This document shows, one piece after another, positions 1 to 12,809 of a stretch of DNA of 63,531 nucleotides. The DNA lies in assembly GCA_034780895.1 (NCBI GenBank), contig JAUZTB010000073.1:18296314-18359844 (forward strand), in the 5' to 3' direction. Numbering within the stretch: position 1 is the stretch's first letter; each line of letters opens with the position of its first letter. A program made the translations under genes and the position numbers. The notes under the pieces are model-generated. The model saw nothing but the letters and a program-made list of their open reading frames with translations. It ran no database searches and had not been told where the DNA came from. The stretch comes from Rhynchobatus australiae. Taxonomy: Eukaryota.

Positions 1-19
1 CCTCTGACTAATTTTCTGT

Positions 20-272
20 GTAAACTACTCTCCCTACATTCCCAACAACTCCCCCCTACTCCGCTACACACAATGGACAGTTTAAGGTGGCCAATTAATC
101 TGCCATCCTGCACATTGTTGGGATGTGGGTGGAAACTGGAGCACCTGGGGGAAACTCTCACAGTTTACAAGAAGAACATGCAAACTCCAGACAGATAGCA
201 TCAGAGGTCAGGCTTCGATCCAGGTCGCTGGCACTGAGGCAGCAGCTTTGCTATCTAAGCCACTGTGCAGTC
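20..272 (-). mobile_element. V-SINE (HE1-like) tRNA-derived SINE
   Basis: Reverse strand carries the V-domain GGAGTTTGCATGTTCT...GGTGCTCCAGTTTCC and a degenerate B-box (GGATCGAAGCC). Confidence 0.8.
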
Positions 273-1339
273 CTCTAGGAATCAATTTTGCTGCTGGTGT
301 AAATTCTGTTTGTTGATACAAGCTGGGCTAAAGGCAAAAAATAACATCAAATGATTGCAAGCTAATTGAGTATGCAGGACAGAGACACATACGAGTGCTG
401 ATGCAGTGCTGAAACAAATGGGTCTGTGTTTGTCACCATTAACCTCAATGTTCCTGGAGTGTGGGAGGAGGAAAAATTCAGCCTGGCTATCTCCAGCATT
501 TTTAAGTGGTGTTACTTTTTTTGTGTGCTCAGCAATAACAGTTTGGCTTGTTCTTCATACCCCACCTTTGTTTGTGAACTACAGCAGGTCAAGATAATGA
601 CCAAAGCTTGTTGAATTTCATGCAAAAAAAGCACACAGCAGGAACTGCGAGGCTGAACAATCTTTATCCCTTCCCCTGCTTGTTTTAATTGGTTACTTAT
701 GAGACCAGTCAGCAGCGAGTGCCTTTGCCAATTAGAATAGCTCTGTGATTCTTTGCAATTGGTTGCCCTGTGCTGGTGATATTTGAGCATGATTGGGTGT
801 GTAGTAGTTGGAGAGATGCCTTCTGACAGAGAATGGAACGCAAAGGGAAAAGGAAGCAAGGAGGCAAAATAAAATAACCACAGCTGGAACAAACAGAACT
901 TAAAAGCAGTTATCCATCGTTCTTTGAGTCCAAGAAGCAAGGAGTTAGGACCCTGTCATAACCTTAAAGGTCAGGAAGATTCCAACTTTAATTCCAGATT
1001 TGTGGCAATGGTAGAGTCACTGCTGAATCTTTTGGGCTGGGGAGAAGGCAGAGTGCTGCATTATGCACTGATGAGAGCTGTGATCGTGTATACTGTCTGT
1101 ATAGAGAGGGGGGCATGGGTGTGGTGTTGTCTAACACTTTCTGCTTGTGCAGTCATTGTGTGAGACCCAGCTGAAGATCAGTTGACATGGCCTCCCCTGA
1201 ACAAATATCCTTTTAGCACTCCGCGCTCATGCTCATACACAACACTCCAGTTGGATGGGGAAGCAGAGGGGTCATGCCCTTGAATGCTCGATGCAGCAAA
1301 AGGCCACAACTTCAAAGACTGGAAGAAAATGCAGAATTT

Positions 1340-1630
1340 GGGACACAGGGAGGCACAGGCACAGCTGCCTATTACAAAATGATTAAAATAGGAGAATGGG
1401 CTCGAGGCCAGTTTGGAGAAGTGCGTAGATCTTAGACAGATTGTAGGGCTGGAAGAGTTTACAGGGATAAGTCATGACACAGCTCTGGAGAGATTTGAAC
1501 ACACAGATTAGAAGTTTAAAATTGAGGTGTTGCTGAGTTGGGAGCCAGTGTAGGTCCAGCAAGTACAGGGTGGATGGTTGAACAGGATGTGGGAGTGAGT
1601 CATAGGCAGTAGCGTTTTAGATGAACAGAC
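1340..1630 (-). mobile_element. L2-clade LINE 3' fragment
   Basis: Similar to the 5050-5390 copy; covers the decayed HWLP...FK region. Confidence 0.55.
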
Positions 1631-3814
1631 TTTTAGTCTTGAACGTATTTGTACTGAAGATGGCCCACCATCGCTAACTTACCATGGTAACTTGGGACAA
1701 GCAATAAATGTCTGATCAGTATTGCCCAAATCTCAAGAACAAAGGTCTTTTTTAATAGCAGCCTGTCGGTCCACTGCCAACAAGGGAAAGAAGCAAAGGG
1801 TCACTGGATGCATGCTGTTCAATGAGGCTGGGGAGTGCAGCCTCTCTGATTCCTTTGAACTGATGTCTTGGTGACAGTGCAGAGATTCACTTCAAAGAGT
1901 AAACATCTTACTGAGACTGTATCTAGTAATCACATGGGCTTTTAGCTTCAGAGTTGGTGGCTTCTCTCCAATGAAAGGATGCTGTTCAGATTGGTGGCAT
2001 TGTCGTCTGTATTAGGGGCAGGGATGTTGACTGTCTTGGCTTATTTAAAAATGATCTTAATGCAAATAGATTCTTTGTGTGTTAGTCAGTGGAACTTTGG
2101 GTTCCTGGTTTCAGTGGTGACTCAGGGCTCCTGTGTGAAGCCAGACCATTTGTTTCATTCTCTGTGAATAATAATCTCCAGGGGTGTGTCACGTGCAGCT
2201 ATATTCTCTAACAGAGAGCCAGGCCATTCAATCCAACAGGTCCACACTGGCAGTTTTCTTTGGCACAAGCCTCCTTCAACTCCTCTTCATATCTATTGCC
2301 TGCTCCCTTGTGTGTTTGTCTGGTGTCTCCTTGATTCCATCACATAGAATTGTTGCAATACAGAAAGAGGCCTTGCAGCCCTTTAAACCTGTGCCACAAT
2401 CTTCGTGTTTCAACTCAACCTCTCCTTTTGATAGATACTTTCACAGAGTAATCAATCGGTGAAAATGTTTTCCCTGAAATCCTACTAGATTTGTCTTATA
2501 TTTATGAATTTTTATTCTGGAAAAAGAAGCTGCAACTACCACAATAATTCTTTGAGGAAATGGTCAATAGGGGGAGATGAGGAATACATCCCAATAATTA
2601 CCTGCATACTGGACTTTTGTACATGCAACAAANNNNNNNNNNNNNNNNNNNNNNNNNNNNNNNNNNNNNNNNNNNNNNNNNNNNNNNNNNNNNNNNNNNN
2701 NNNNNNNNNNNNNNNNNNNNNNNNNNNNNNNNACCTGCATACTGGACTTTTGTCCATGCAACAAAAATCATAAAAGTTAAATAATGACAAAAGCTGAATG
2801 ATAGCAGTGACCTCGCCATCTCCCTTTCTCATTAATTGAAATCACAGCCATGTTGAATATTGTTCCAAGGTTTGAGGTTTATCTATTTTTAGATATCATA
2901 TATTGTAAATGTGATGTAGAGATCACTGAGTCTGGCTGATGTTTATTACTGCATCTAACTCCAAAGATGTGTCACACAGTATATATGAAAAGATCTAGGA
3001 AAGATTTCTGCACTACCATCAACATCCAGTATTTTGAGAAGTTGGTTGGAGCTAAAATTACAATTTAAGAGCCCAGTGTTATTTATTTAGCTGAACTTAG
3101 CTGGTGCTATTTCAATTGACTCAAAATCATGGTGTTTCCAATCCTTCAGGACTGCCTTGAAGTTTCAGAGACTTGAAGATTAACCTTCAGGCCACTCCTT
3201 CCATACAATGAGCAGAACATCATAAGGTTGTTAAAAAATTGATAGATTTGTTCATTTTCTTTCAGCACTTTCATTTATTAGTCATGTGTATTGCAAAAGG
3301 AAAAGGCTATTTGCCCATTCAGTGCTGTTAGAGAGAGAAGGTCACGTTATAAAATTACAGAAATACAGTTAACCAAAGTTAGCACCCAAATTTAAGAGTC
3401 GTAATTGTTAACCAGTGAATTCTCCCTTTCTATTTAAGAGTTTGTAGATGGATGTGGATTCATTCCATAAGAGTTCTAATACAGTAGCATCAATAATTTT
3501 AGAGATCAAAATGAACTATGTAGGCATGATAACCATTGCATAGGATGGGTTTTACCAACAATCCTTATGAGCAGCTGGCAATATGTTTGTCATTTGTGCC
3601 CGTTCTTAACTTCACACTCAATGCATTTCTATATATATGTAGAGTGACCCAGCTGTGGGTGACACCTGCATGGCCTTACTCTCAGCTAGTGAAACTGTCA
3701 CCCCTTTGAAATCATAGTATATACATACATTTTGCTTCTCCTAAGCTCTGGCCACAAGCCAACACAAACTGCATGGATTTTGGATGAGGGCAGGAATGCA
3801 TAAAAAATACATAT

Positions 3815-4620
3815 CCATTCATGGTTATCTGGGCATTGCCAACCAGGTCACCAATTATCATCTATCCCTATTTGTCTTTAAGAAGATAGTGTTGAGGAAT
3901 CTTTTTAAATGACTGCAGTACTTGTAATGGATGTGTTCCCATAGTGCTGGATTTTGGAATTTCTGAATTTTGAAACCATGATGATAAAGGAGTGGCAGAT
4001 ATGTTTTTAAGTCACGATGATGTGAGCCAGGAAGAGAAAATTAGTGGCCGTGCTGTTCCTATGCGTTTGCTTCCCTATGTTCNNNNNNNNNNNNNNNNNN
4101 NNNNNNNNNNNNNNNNNNNNNNNNNNNNNNNNNNNNNNNNNNNNNNNNNNNNNNNNNNNNNNNNNNNNNNNNNNNNNNNNNNCTATGTTCTCCTCAGTGA
4201 AAGAGGTTATGGGTTTGAGAGGTCAATTCAAAGTTTAATTAGTTGTTGCAGTTCAGCTTGAAAAATACACTGCAGAAATGGTTGTCCGGGTCTTGATGTA
4301 TACAGCATTATTAGGGGAGATATAAATGGAACTAAACATAGTGAATTCTGCCCACATCTCACCTCATGAATGGGGGGCAGGTTATTAGCAGAGCAGTTGA
4401 GGATACTTGTAGCTAGTCATTGCTGTGAACAACTTCTGCTGGAGCTGAGATAATTGACCCCAGCAAACTCAATCATCTTTCTTAGTGCTGGGTATGACTC
4501 AAACCCATTATTTTCATTTTACCAGGATTTCTCAATGCCACAATTAGTCAAGTGCTGCCTTATTATCAAAGAACATCACTTATCTCTGGAATGGATCTAC
4601 ATTTGGACCAAGGTAAAGCG
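3815..4620 (-). mobile_element. Decayed CR1-group LINE fragments (same family as 16510-17420)
   Basis: Shares segments with the 16.5-17.4 kb copy (e.g. GGTATGACTC...GTCAAGTGCTGCCTT). Interrupted by an N gap. Confidence 0.55.
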
Positions 4621-4644
4621 AAGCCTGTAGCCAAGTCAACAAAA

Positions 4645-5045
4645 ACAGAATGCTGGAAGATCTCAGTGGGTCAAGTAGCATCTGTGGAGGCAAAGGGTGT
4701 GTCATTGTTGAGGGGCAAATAGAACCAGTTGTAGGGGTGGTGGGACAGAGGCTGATAGGTGATAGGTGGAACCAGAGGGAGAGAAGATGATGGGTAGATG
4801 GAACCAGTTGGGGGAGGGGAGAGTGGGACAGAGGCTGGTAAGTTATATGTGGAGCCAGATGGGGAAGGGATAATGGGCAGATGGAACCAGGTAGGGAAGG
4901 GGATGGGAGGGATGAACAAAGGAAGAAGAAAACTAGTTGGTCAGGTGATTGTGTGTGGGTGGAGAACACTGGAGGTATGGGTTACCTTGAAGTTGGAATA
5001 TTCAATGTTCATACCATTGGGTTGTAAGTTATCCAAGCAGAATAC
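4645..5045 (-). mobile_element. Penelope-like element 3' fragment
   Basis: Reverse strand ~5040-4985 translates FCLDNLQPNGMNIEYSNFK, like the Penelope GIY-YIG C-terminus. It is followed by a C-rich repetitive UTR and a pseudo-LTR motif (GATGCT...CTGAGATCTTCCAGCATTCTG). Confidence 0.7.
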
Positions 5046-5049
5046 CAAA

Positions 5050-5390
5050 ACCCAAGGTTTAAAGTGGGGTGGACTTCAAAAGTTAGGACCTGAGCAACTG
5101 AAGACGTGGCCTAAAATGGTGGAGAGTGAAAATAGGAGAGGTGAAGAGGCCAGAACTGGAAAAGTACAGAGGCCTCGGAGGGGTTGAGAGGAGGAGGGCA
5201 TGGAGGGATTTGAAAACAGAGATGAGAATTTTAAGACTGAGGCATTGTTGGATCTGGAGCCAATATAGGTCAGCATGCACGGGGGTGGTGAATGAATGAG
5301 ATTTGATGCCGGTTAGGATTAGGTAGCAGAGTTTTTGATGAGTTCAAGTTCACAGAGGGTGCAAGGCTAGATAGAGTATTGCAGCAGTCT
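5050..5390 (-). mobile_element. L2-clade LINE ORF2 C-terminal fragment
   Basis: ORF 5083..5280 ADLYWLQIQQCLSLKILISVFKSLHAL resembles the L2 motif LHWLPxxxRxxFKILxLxFKxLHGL. Confidence 0.7.
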
Positions 5391-6869
5391 CAATGCATTA
5401 AAGGAAATATCTAAAGTTCAAGTAAAAGTCTTCAGGCATTACTTCTGCATGCCTGAATCTTTACAATCCAGTTCAGATAACTGGAGCATTCCTGGCTGAT
5501 TTTCAAATATCACAATTCACACACAGCCATGCTGGTCCAGTTAAAAACATGTTAATCAATTTTGACAAATAATTTCTTTACATCAGTAATTGTTACATAA
5601 TGTTGAAAAACCTACAGCATGTTGCAAAAATCAGGATCCAAACTTTCAATGATACAAATAAGAAAGTTGGTTGCTTACTGTCCAAGAATCATTAATCTAC
5701 AAGCAGCTATGAATTTGCAAGTTTTGTTCATACTGTTGCATTAAACTTTGACTGACTGCTGAAATGGACATTTTTGGCTTCCATGTCTCACTATTCCAAG
5801 ATGATGGGTGGGTGATAGGTCTCCCATTCCACTTACAAAGCAAATCAAGGTTCCTTTATCAGATAAAAACTAAATTGACCGAACAAAGAATAACCAACAA
5901 ACATCTTTTACAGTGGAATCCTCTGGTGATTAATAATCAGCCATCTTTCCCTTTTAAATTCTAAGTCAAACATTTTAAATGAGCAAATAAATTAAGGAAC
6001 AATTGAAAGAACAATGTAGAACTAATTCTTGTCATTGACCATCTCTAAATATCCCTTATGTTCTGGCAGTGTCAAGGTGGGGCTCAGTGGCAACCCATCT
6101 TTCTGCTAAGTAATTTGGAAATAAGCTGTGTATTTTTGTCTCCTTTTTCCTGCAATTTTTCAGCTTCCCCTGGCATCTGGACTCATTACCGGAATGTGGC
6201 ACCAGGCGTGTAGAGGATAGGCTGGTACTTTGTGATAAAGAACAACTATACCTGTGGTTTTAGACACTGAGAGTTCATTGCCTTCTCATCCATTGTCGCA
6301 TGTGTGCCCCCAGCAAGATTGACTGGATAATGTGTGGGCTTCTTTGGTGTTGTTGCAAGTACCAGCACTTACACAAAACCCAGCCTTTACTGAAGGTTGC
6401 TATTCTTAAACTAAACAGCAGTGCCTGATATCACAGTGTATCAAGATCATAACGCATGGTACACTCATCTCTTAAAAGTACATTCATATGTGCTGGACCG
6501 CTTTCCACTTAAAATGTGATAAATGCAGGCTATTCATCCACAATCTACTTACAATAAATGTTATAATCAGATCGTTAATTACAAATATCAAATTATACAA
6601 TTAACAAGTTGTTTGCAAAGAGAAATATAGAATATATAATAACCAAATACTAATTTACTTAGTTTCTCAGTCTTCACCCCTTAGCTATAAGCTGTATTTA
6701 ACATTTCTGTGGTTGGTGCCATTACATAATTACTTCCATCCATTGAACCACTAAGCTGTGTGCAGTATACAGTCTACATAAACATCAACACAAGCATCTA
6801 ATAAATCTAATTAATAACTCCAGCAGATACAATATATTTGGCATATTACTGATTTTAAGAATTCAGTAA

Positions 6870-8800
6870 TAGTGTCCTTACTTTGTAGACCTTTTAACAC
6901 TTTCTGTCTTTTTTGCCTTTGTTTCTATTGTGTCTTCCATCTAGACTTTTCTTCCAATGCCTGAACTGTGTTTCACCTTTTTTTAACTTCAAAAGGTGGA
7001 TCCATCTGCTGCTCTATTTTTTTGAGGCATTTATTTTGAGCTCTGCCACCCAGAACATTCCACATTGGGGCTACAGCACAGAGGGGACCTAGTTGCCTCT
7101 TTCATTTCCCAGATTATGAATCAAATCACTAGGTCTTAATTTTGCTTGTTGCTTCTGGTATGGCTGAAGTGTTGTCCAACTGAAGTTCTCTAAACAACAT
7201 TAATCAGACATTTGTGATGGGTAACCTGAATGATAGGATCACAGTCCACATTGTCTTTACATTTCCTTTGTTTTTTTTATCATTTGTCGTTTGTTCAAAC
7301 TAGTTTTTGTTATCTATTTCTTTCACACCTTGGCTTCTTTCCAGTCCAGAGTCCATGGTACTGGAATCCATGTTGGTTTTAGACCAGTCTTGCTCATAAC
7401 TTGTGGCTCCTGTGCACTTCTCTGCCTCTTTTTTACAGTCGGAGCTATTCACGTTCTCACCAGAGCCTTCCTTTGACTTTGATGGCTCTCCATTGTGTCT
7501 TCATTATCATTTCCACATTGGGAATCCATGGCACTCCTGAGCTGTTTCTATTGAAGTCTAGTGGTGCACAGTGGTAACTTACCTTGTGGCTTTGGCCTAT
7601 GTTGCTTAAATTTCCACTTGGATTTCCCTGCATCAGCGTGTGTTCCATCTTGTGTCACCTCTGTCATTTCCTTAATGATGCATCATAACCATTTTCAGAG
7701 CAGCCTGTCTCATCTACAGTAAGAACCTTCAAATCTTGTCATGATTGTGCATTAGTCATTTTTAATATATTGCCCACAACGTGGATAACGCAAGACTGGC
7801 CCTCCACTTTTATACCTTGCCTCTGTTTCAACACTGCCACTTTATTCTCAGATTCAATAAATAAAACACCCCATGGTTCAAGATATATTAGAGAGCCACA
7901 ACTTATAATATCTACACATCTTTGAAGTCTGTTGAGATCAGCCAGCTTAATGTTGAAAATTTTTAACAGCACTCTAGAAATACTCCTCAGGTTGCTTTCT
8001 CTGCTGCACCTTTTCATCATCTTTTTTGGTCAGTTGTGCAGTTTTTAGACCAAACTATCCCAGAACTTATAGCTTCTATCAGCTTGTCCGGCAAGGGCCA
8101 AAGTAATTTCAATTCCTTCCATTATGGTTGTATCACAGACATAGTGTTAGCCACTTCCTTACCGGTACACTGTGCCAGGTTGTAACTGCTTCCTCCCACT
8201 TCTGTTCTCTGTTCTTGAGGCTTTTCTTTTCCATCATTGCCTTTCATAGCTGCAGGAACTTAGCTTTTAGCTTCCATCTCCAAAGTACTTTTTGCTTTTG
8301 TCTAATCCACATTGTTGGAAACTCTTATCTAAAACCTTCTGTTCAATTGATGACATCTCCAGACTCTTACAAGGATCAGCAGGCAACCTTTGTGAATCTT
8401 CCTTCTTCACCAGATGACACAGTTTGCTTGAACTCATTACCAAGTGAAGGTTATTCGTCTTCTGAAGAGATTAAGTTGCCAGCCATATTACATGTAGTTT
8501 CTGAAATTCTCCTTTAAGGTTTTTACAGTGTCTTTGTGAGAGACCTCTTGTGTGCTTTGTGTCACAGACAGATTCACCAGTGTTTTATATGTCTCCAGCC
8601 TAATGCCATCAACAGTATCACCTTCCCTCCTCATGTGTTTTTGTTTCTTATGATACGTACTGTATCTTTCACCACATCACCAGTCAAGGTGCACACCTCA
8701 ACAAATAGTTCTACACACTCCACAGACAGAGCAAATGGCCAAATTAACTCATGGTTTTCAGACTTGCTTTTCCTGCCATTCTAACTATGCCTGGTCCAAC
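6870..8800 (-). mobile_element. Heavily decayed Gypsy-like LTR retrotransposon internal region (gag-like)
   Basis: Reverse strand near 8610-8570 reads GIRLETYKTLVNL, resembling a Gypsy gag N-terminal motif. There is a possible zinc-knuckle remnant near 8190-8140. No LTR or PBS was found. Confidence 0.4.
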
Positions 8801-9074
8801 ATGGAGAGTCCATTTTTCTATTTTCTATTCTAGCCTAGATATTCATCTCCTTTCACTCTCACAAGCAACAACATCCCAAATTTGTTCTCAGTGTTTCATC
8901 CATTGGTTCTTTTATTGCTACAAGTCCCAAGACGAGATAGAGCTAACAACAGTGGGCCCTTTATTGAAGGAAGCCATTCTCAAACAATATATTTTGATAT
9001 ACCACTTTATACACTCAGTTTTTAAAGGTCTACTCATACTCACAATGTTCAATAAAGAAAGGCTTGTATTTCTG

Positions 9075-9340
9075 TATTAGTTTTGTAACCTCGACACTCC
9101 AAAGACCTTTACATTCAGTCAAGTTTTGTTGATGTCCAGCTATTGTTCTAATATAATAAATCTATTAGCCAGTTTGTGCACACCAGGTATACTGAGATAA
9201 ATACATAATCTGTGTTTAGTAATATTGCTTGAGAAAAACACATTGACCAGGAGCTCTGAAGTATCTTTAATATCCTCCTGAGGGCAGATGGACACCTTGG
9301 TTAAGGTTTCATCTGTAAGATTTCACCTCTGACGTTGTTC
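9075..9340 (-). mobile_element. Deu-domain SINE (SacSINE1/AmnSINE1-like) fragment
   Basis: Matches the dispersed family also at 12810, 21830, 40170 and 45430 (e.g. CTGAGGGCAGATGG...GGTTAAGGTTTCATCTG). Confidence 0.6.
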
Positions 9341-9374
9341 CTCTGAGAATGCCAGCCATCATTCCGTATACACA

Positions 9375-9625
9375 CAAGACCACAAAAATATAGGCTATCT
9401 GGCCCTTCAAGCCTGTCCCATCTTTTAACATGATCATGGTAGATATATGCTGGCCTCAGCTCTTCCATGCTATTTCTCTATACCCTTCTATTCCTTGATT
9501 TATCAAATATTTATCCACCTCCACTTTAAATCCATTGAATGATCCAGCTTCCACCACCTGCTGGGGCAGAGAACTCCAGAGATTCACCACCCTCTGTGAG
9601 AAGAAATTTATTCTCAAGTTGTTGG
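9375..9625 (-). mobile_element. CR1 (HER1-like) LINE 3' end
   Basis: ORF 9456..9650 NFFSQRVVNLWSSLPQQVVEAGSFNGFKVEVDKYL is the typical CR1 ORF2 C-terminus. Confidence 0.85.
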
Positions 9626-9760
9626 TGCAAGATTGAAGAGACAGAAACACTGGCTAATTATTTTTTGTACCCCAAACCCGGGAGTCCTGGTGGGGTTGGA
9701 GAACCTCTTACTGCCTCTTCAGTTGAGATCAGCTGTCTCTAACTCCTCAGCTGTTCATTG

Positions 9761-9862
9761 AAAATCAGATGCTGGAATTCTGAAGGAAAAGAAGAAAAAG
9801 TTGGAAAAACAGCACAAATGCTGCCTATTCTGCTGAGTTTTTCCAACATTTTCTGTTGTTAT
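9761..9862. mobile_element. Short Penelope-derived fold-back insertion with 15-bp TSD
   Basis: Flanked by CTCAGCTGTTCATTG (9746-9760) and CTCAGCTGTTTATTG (9863-9877). Internal inverted arms GTTGGAAAAACAGCA / TGCTGAGTTTTTCCAAC. Confidence 0.7.
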
Positions 9863-10373
9863 CTCAGCTGTTTATTGTCTTTTTCTACTAAACCATCTGA
9901 CCAAACTTTTTAGCAACATTCAAATATTTTAAGCTGGCAATGATTGAGGAAGGGAGGAGTTATACATACCACAACATCACCGCAGGAGAAAGAATGTATT
10001 AAGAACATAGCAAGGCTTCCCGGCACAGGCTACGCTTTAGCCAACTTTGTCATGAAATGATGGCAATGGCCCTTTAATACACATCCCTTACTCAAGCAAG
10101 ACAGGAAGTGATTCAGGGCCTAGAAATGATTGAATTCTCCTTAAAGAGGAAAAGGAAGAGGAAGCTGGTGGTAGTACGACTATTTTATAAAAGAAATATG
10201 TTTGTGTAGAAGTGAGTCAGACTGAAGTTAATGTCAGCCTCCTCCTACACAGCCACGGGTCATTGAAGCACTTCTCAAATTTTCCCAGATCTGTGTTTTA
10301 AATTTTAAAATATTTTCGTTTCCTTTCCAAATGCTCCACACAGACCCCTAAGGCTTTTTGCCTCAAGGGGATT

Positions 10374-10560
10374 CAGTTCCTAAAGGCATAGATTGGCAGG
10401 GCACAGTTACTGATCTCACAGATTGTTACTACAGTACAGCTCCTCATGACACAGACCACTGGACTATAGTTTCTAAACTAGAGAGTGCTGGGGTACAGCT
10501 CTTGATTGCACAAACTATTAGGGTACAGTACCTAAAGGCACAGATTGTTGCAGTATAGTT
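10374..10560. repeat. Degenerate minisatellite, ~30-bp period, ~6 units
   Basis: Recurrent CAGTTCCTAAAGGCACAGATTG-like units about every 30 bp. Confidence 0.65.
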
Positions 10561-10909
10561 ATGAGCTTGATTAAGCACAGCTTGATTAAGAGGTTAATTA
10601 AACCACCTTGTCTTAGAGTCAATATTTGTCCCCGAACAGAACTGTGAAGTTCCTTTGGCATGGTTGAGTTGGGCTGAAGGGCCAATTTTTGTGCTGTATA
10701 ACTCCATGACTTTTGACGTATTTTGCAATGTTAAGGATGCTATTTAAATGCCAGTTGTTGTATCCGTAATAGATGCATATCACTCTCTGCATGATTTCTT
10801 CTATTTTCCGAAGGATCTGTCATGTAATTCAGCAGCTGATTTCACCATATAAATTGTAGGCATTACTTGTTCTATGAATTATAAAGCAGAGGAGAAATAA
10901 AAATCTCAA

Positions 10910-11900
10910 CAGCACCATAGGAGCAAAGGGACCTGAGTAGAGTCATTGAACCATTATACCTGTTCCAACATGAAGTGACATCATGGCTGCTTTGCAGTCT
11001 CACTACATAAGCCCATCTTTACTCTGTATCATTTAACAATTTTCATTAACAAAAATCTGTCAATCTCAGATTTTAAACTAACAATTTAACAATACAGTCA
11101 TTGAAGAGAGTTCCAAATTTCTTCTCCCCACTGAGTACTTCCTAACTTCACTCCTGAAACCCAGTACTCCACTGGGCAGATTCCAGAACTAACAGAATGC
11201 TTTCCTCGTTCAACTCTATCTGTTCCCATTAATATCATGAAAACTTTAATTAAATCACCTTTAATCTAAATTCCCATGTTACAAATTTGGTTAGTGTAAT
11301 GCCTTCTTGAAATTTAAACTTTGTATCCATTCTTGAAAATGTATGCTGCATTCTCAAGGAACTCTTTATAGTACTCAAGGAATGGTCCAAGCAGGGTCTT
11401 GTCAAAGTTGAAGTCAGAGTCAAAGTCGAGTTTATTGTATGTACAGGTGCAATGAAAAATTTACTTGCAACAGCATCTCAAGCGTATAATATCAGATAAG
11501 CAGTATTCACAAGAAAAATATAAATTACACATAAATTATACATAATTTTTAAAAGAAGGAACACAATTAGAACAAAACAAACGAAAAAAAACTATGTAAA
11601 AAGACAAAGAAAACTAAGTATAGCTACAGCATATGAGTAACAATAACATAACATCTACTTGCTTGTATTCTGGACCTCTAGATATCAAATCCAGCATACC
11701 ATGAGCCTTTTAGAGATCTTAATGACCATTTTAAAATTCCATGCACTTAAAGCCTAGATCTCTTTGAACCTCTCCTGCTTATCATTCAGAAAGGACTTTT
11801 TTGTATCCTTTTCAGGTCCAAAGTAGATGATCTCACATTTGGCTAAATTGAAATCATTTGCCTCAGTTTTGCCCATTCACTTAAGCTATTGGTGCAGGTC
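10910..11900 (-). mobile_element. Old CR1 LINE fragment interrupted by a Rex1-type 3' tail (~11408-11615)
   Basis: ORF 11843..12025 ends LSEWAKLRQM (CR1 WAxxWQM motif). The insert GTCGAGTTTATTGT...TAAATTATACATAA is homologous to 33553-33730. Confidence 0.6.
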
Positions 11901-12227
11901 TTGCTGCCAACCACCCAGCTCACTGCTGACTTATGTGGTAAGTAAGAACTAGGGTTTTCTAGATTTGTTGGTGTCGACAGCCACCCAATCTTAAATAGCA
12001 AGGCCTTGTATGGTGGTGGGGCCATGTCTGAACTGTGTCACCAATTGGGCAGCCAGAATTAGCCTCATTCATGAAACAACTTAAAGAATCTTTGTCAACA
12101 GGCCAAGCCACACCCCCGACCTTCGGAAATGTTCAAACAATTTCAGAAACTATTAAAAAGCAATGAAGCAGTTAAATCATTTTAATACTTTTAAATTAAA
12201 ACCTTTAAACAATTAAAATGTTTAAAT

Positions 12228-12384
12228 GCAAAAAAAAACAGACTGCTGGAGGAATTCAGCAGAAGGCAGCATCCGTGGAAGGAAATATCCAGCTGACATT
12301 TGGGGTTGAGACCCCTCATCTAGACCAGATCACATGTTAACTTTTTGCTGCAGATTCTAGCATCTGCAGTCTCTCATGTCTCTG
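12228..12384. mobile_element. Short Penelope-derived insertion with 12-bp TSD and decayed hammerhead core (- strand, 12295-12323)
   Basis: TSD AAATGTTTAAAT at 12216-12227 and 12385-12396. Contains the GCTGGAGGAATTCAGC motif. Confidence 0.75.
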
Positions 12385-12411
12385 AAATGTTTAAATAATA
12401 ACTTCATAAAG

Positions 12412-12745
12412 ATATTGGTATTGGTTTATTATTGTCACTTGTACCAAGGTACAGTGAAAAACTTGTCTTGCAGACCGATCATACAGGTCAATTCATTACA
12501 CAGTGCAGTTACATTGAGTTGGTACAGAGTGCATTGAGGTAGTACAGGTAAAANNNNNNNNNNNNNNNNNNNNNNNNNNNNNNNNNNNNNNNNNNNNNNN
12601 NNNNNNNNNNNNNNNNNNNNNNNNNNNNNNNNNNNNNNNNNNNNNNNNNNNNNGGTAGAAGCTGTCCTTAAGTCTGGTGGTACGTGCCCTCAGGCTCCTG
12701 TATCTTCTACCCAATGGAAGAGAAGAGAGAATGTCCTGGGATAAA
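12412..12745 (-). mobile_element. Rex1/Babar LINE 3' end
   Basis: ORF 12496..12759 LPLGRRYRSLRARTTRLKDSFY matches the Rex1 C-terminal motif LPSGRRYRS...SFF/YP. Confidence 0.8.
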
Positions 12746-12809
12746 AAATGTCTTTTCACTCATCGCAGTAAAAGGTGGGATTTTGGACCTACAGTAAGGA
12801 AGGTACCAG

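Noticed and set aside
2600-2765. Direct repeats flanking 100-N gaps (also at 4083, 18233, 35164, 38663, 40920, 59717)
   Set aside because: Assembly artefacts from overlapping contig ends; here the two copies differ by one base, like an allelic bubble. Not CRISPR, LTR or TSD.
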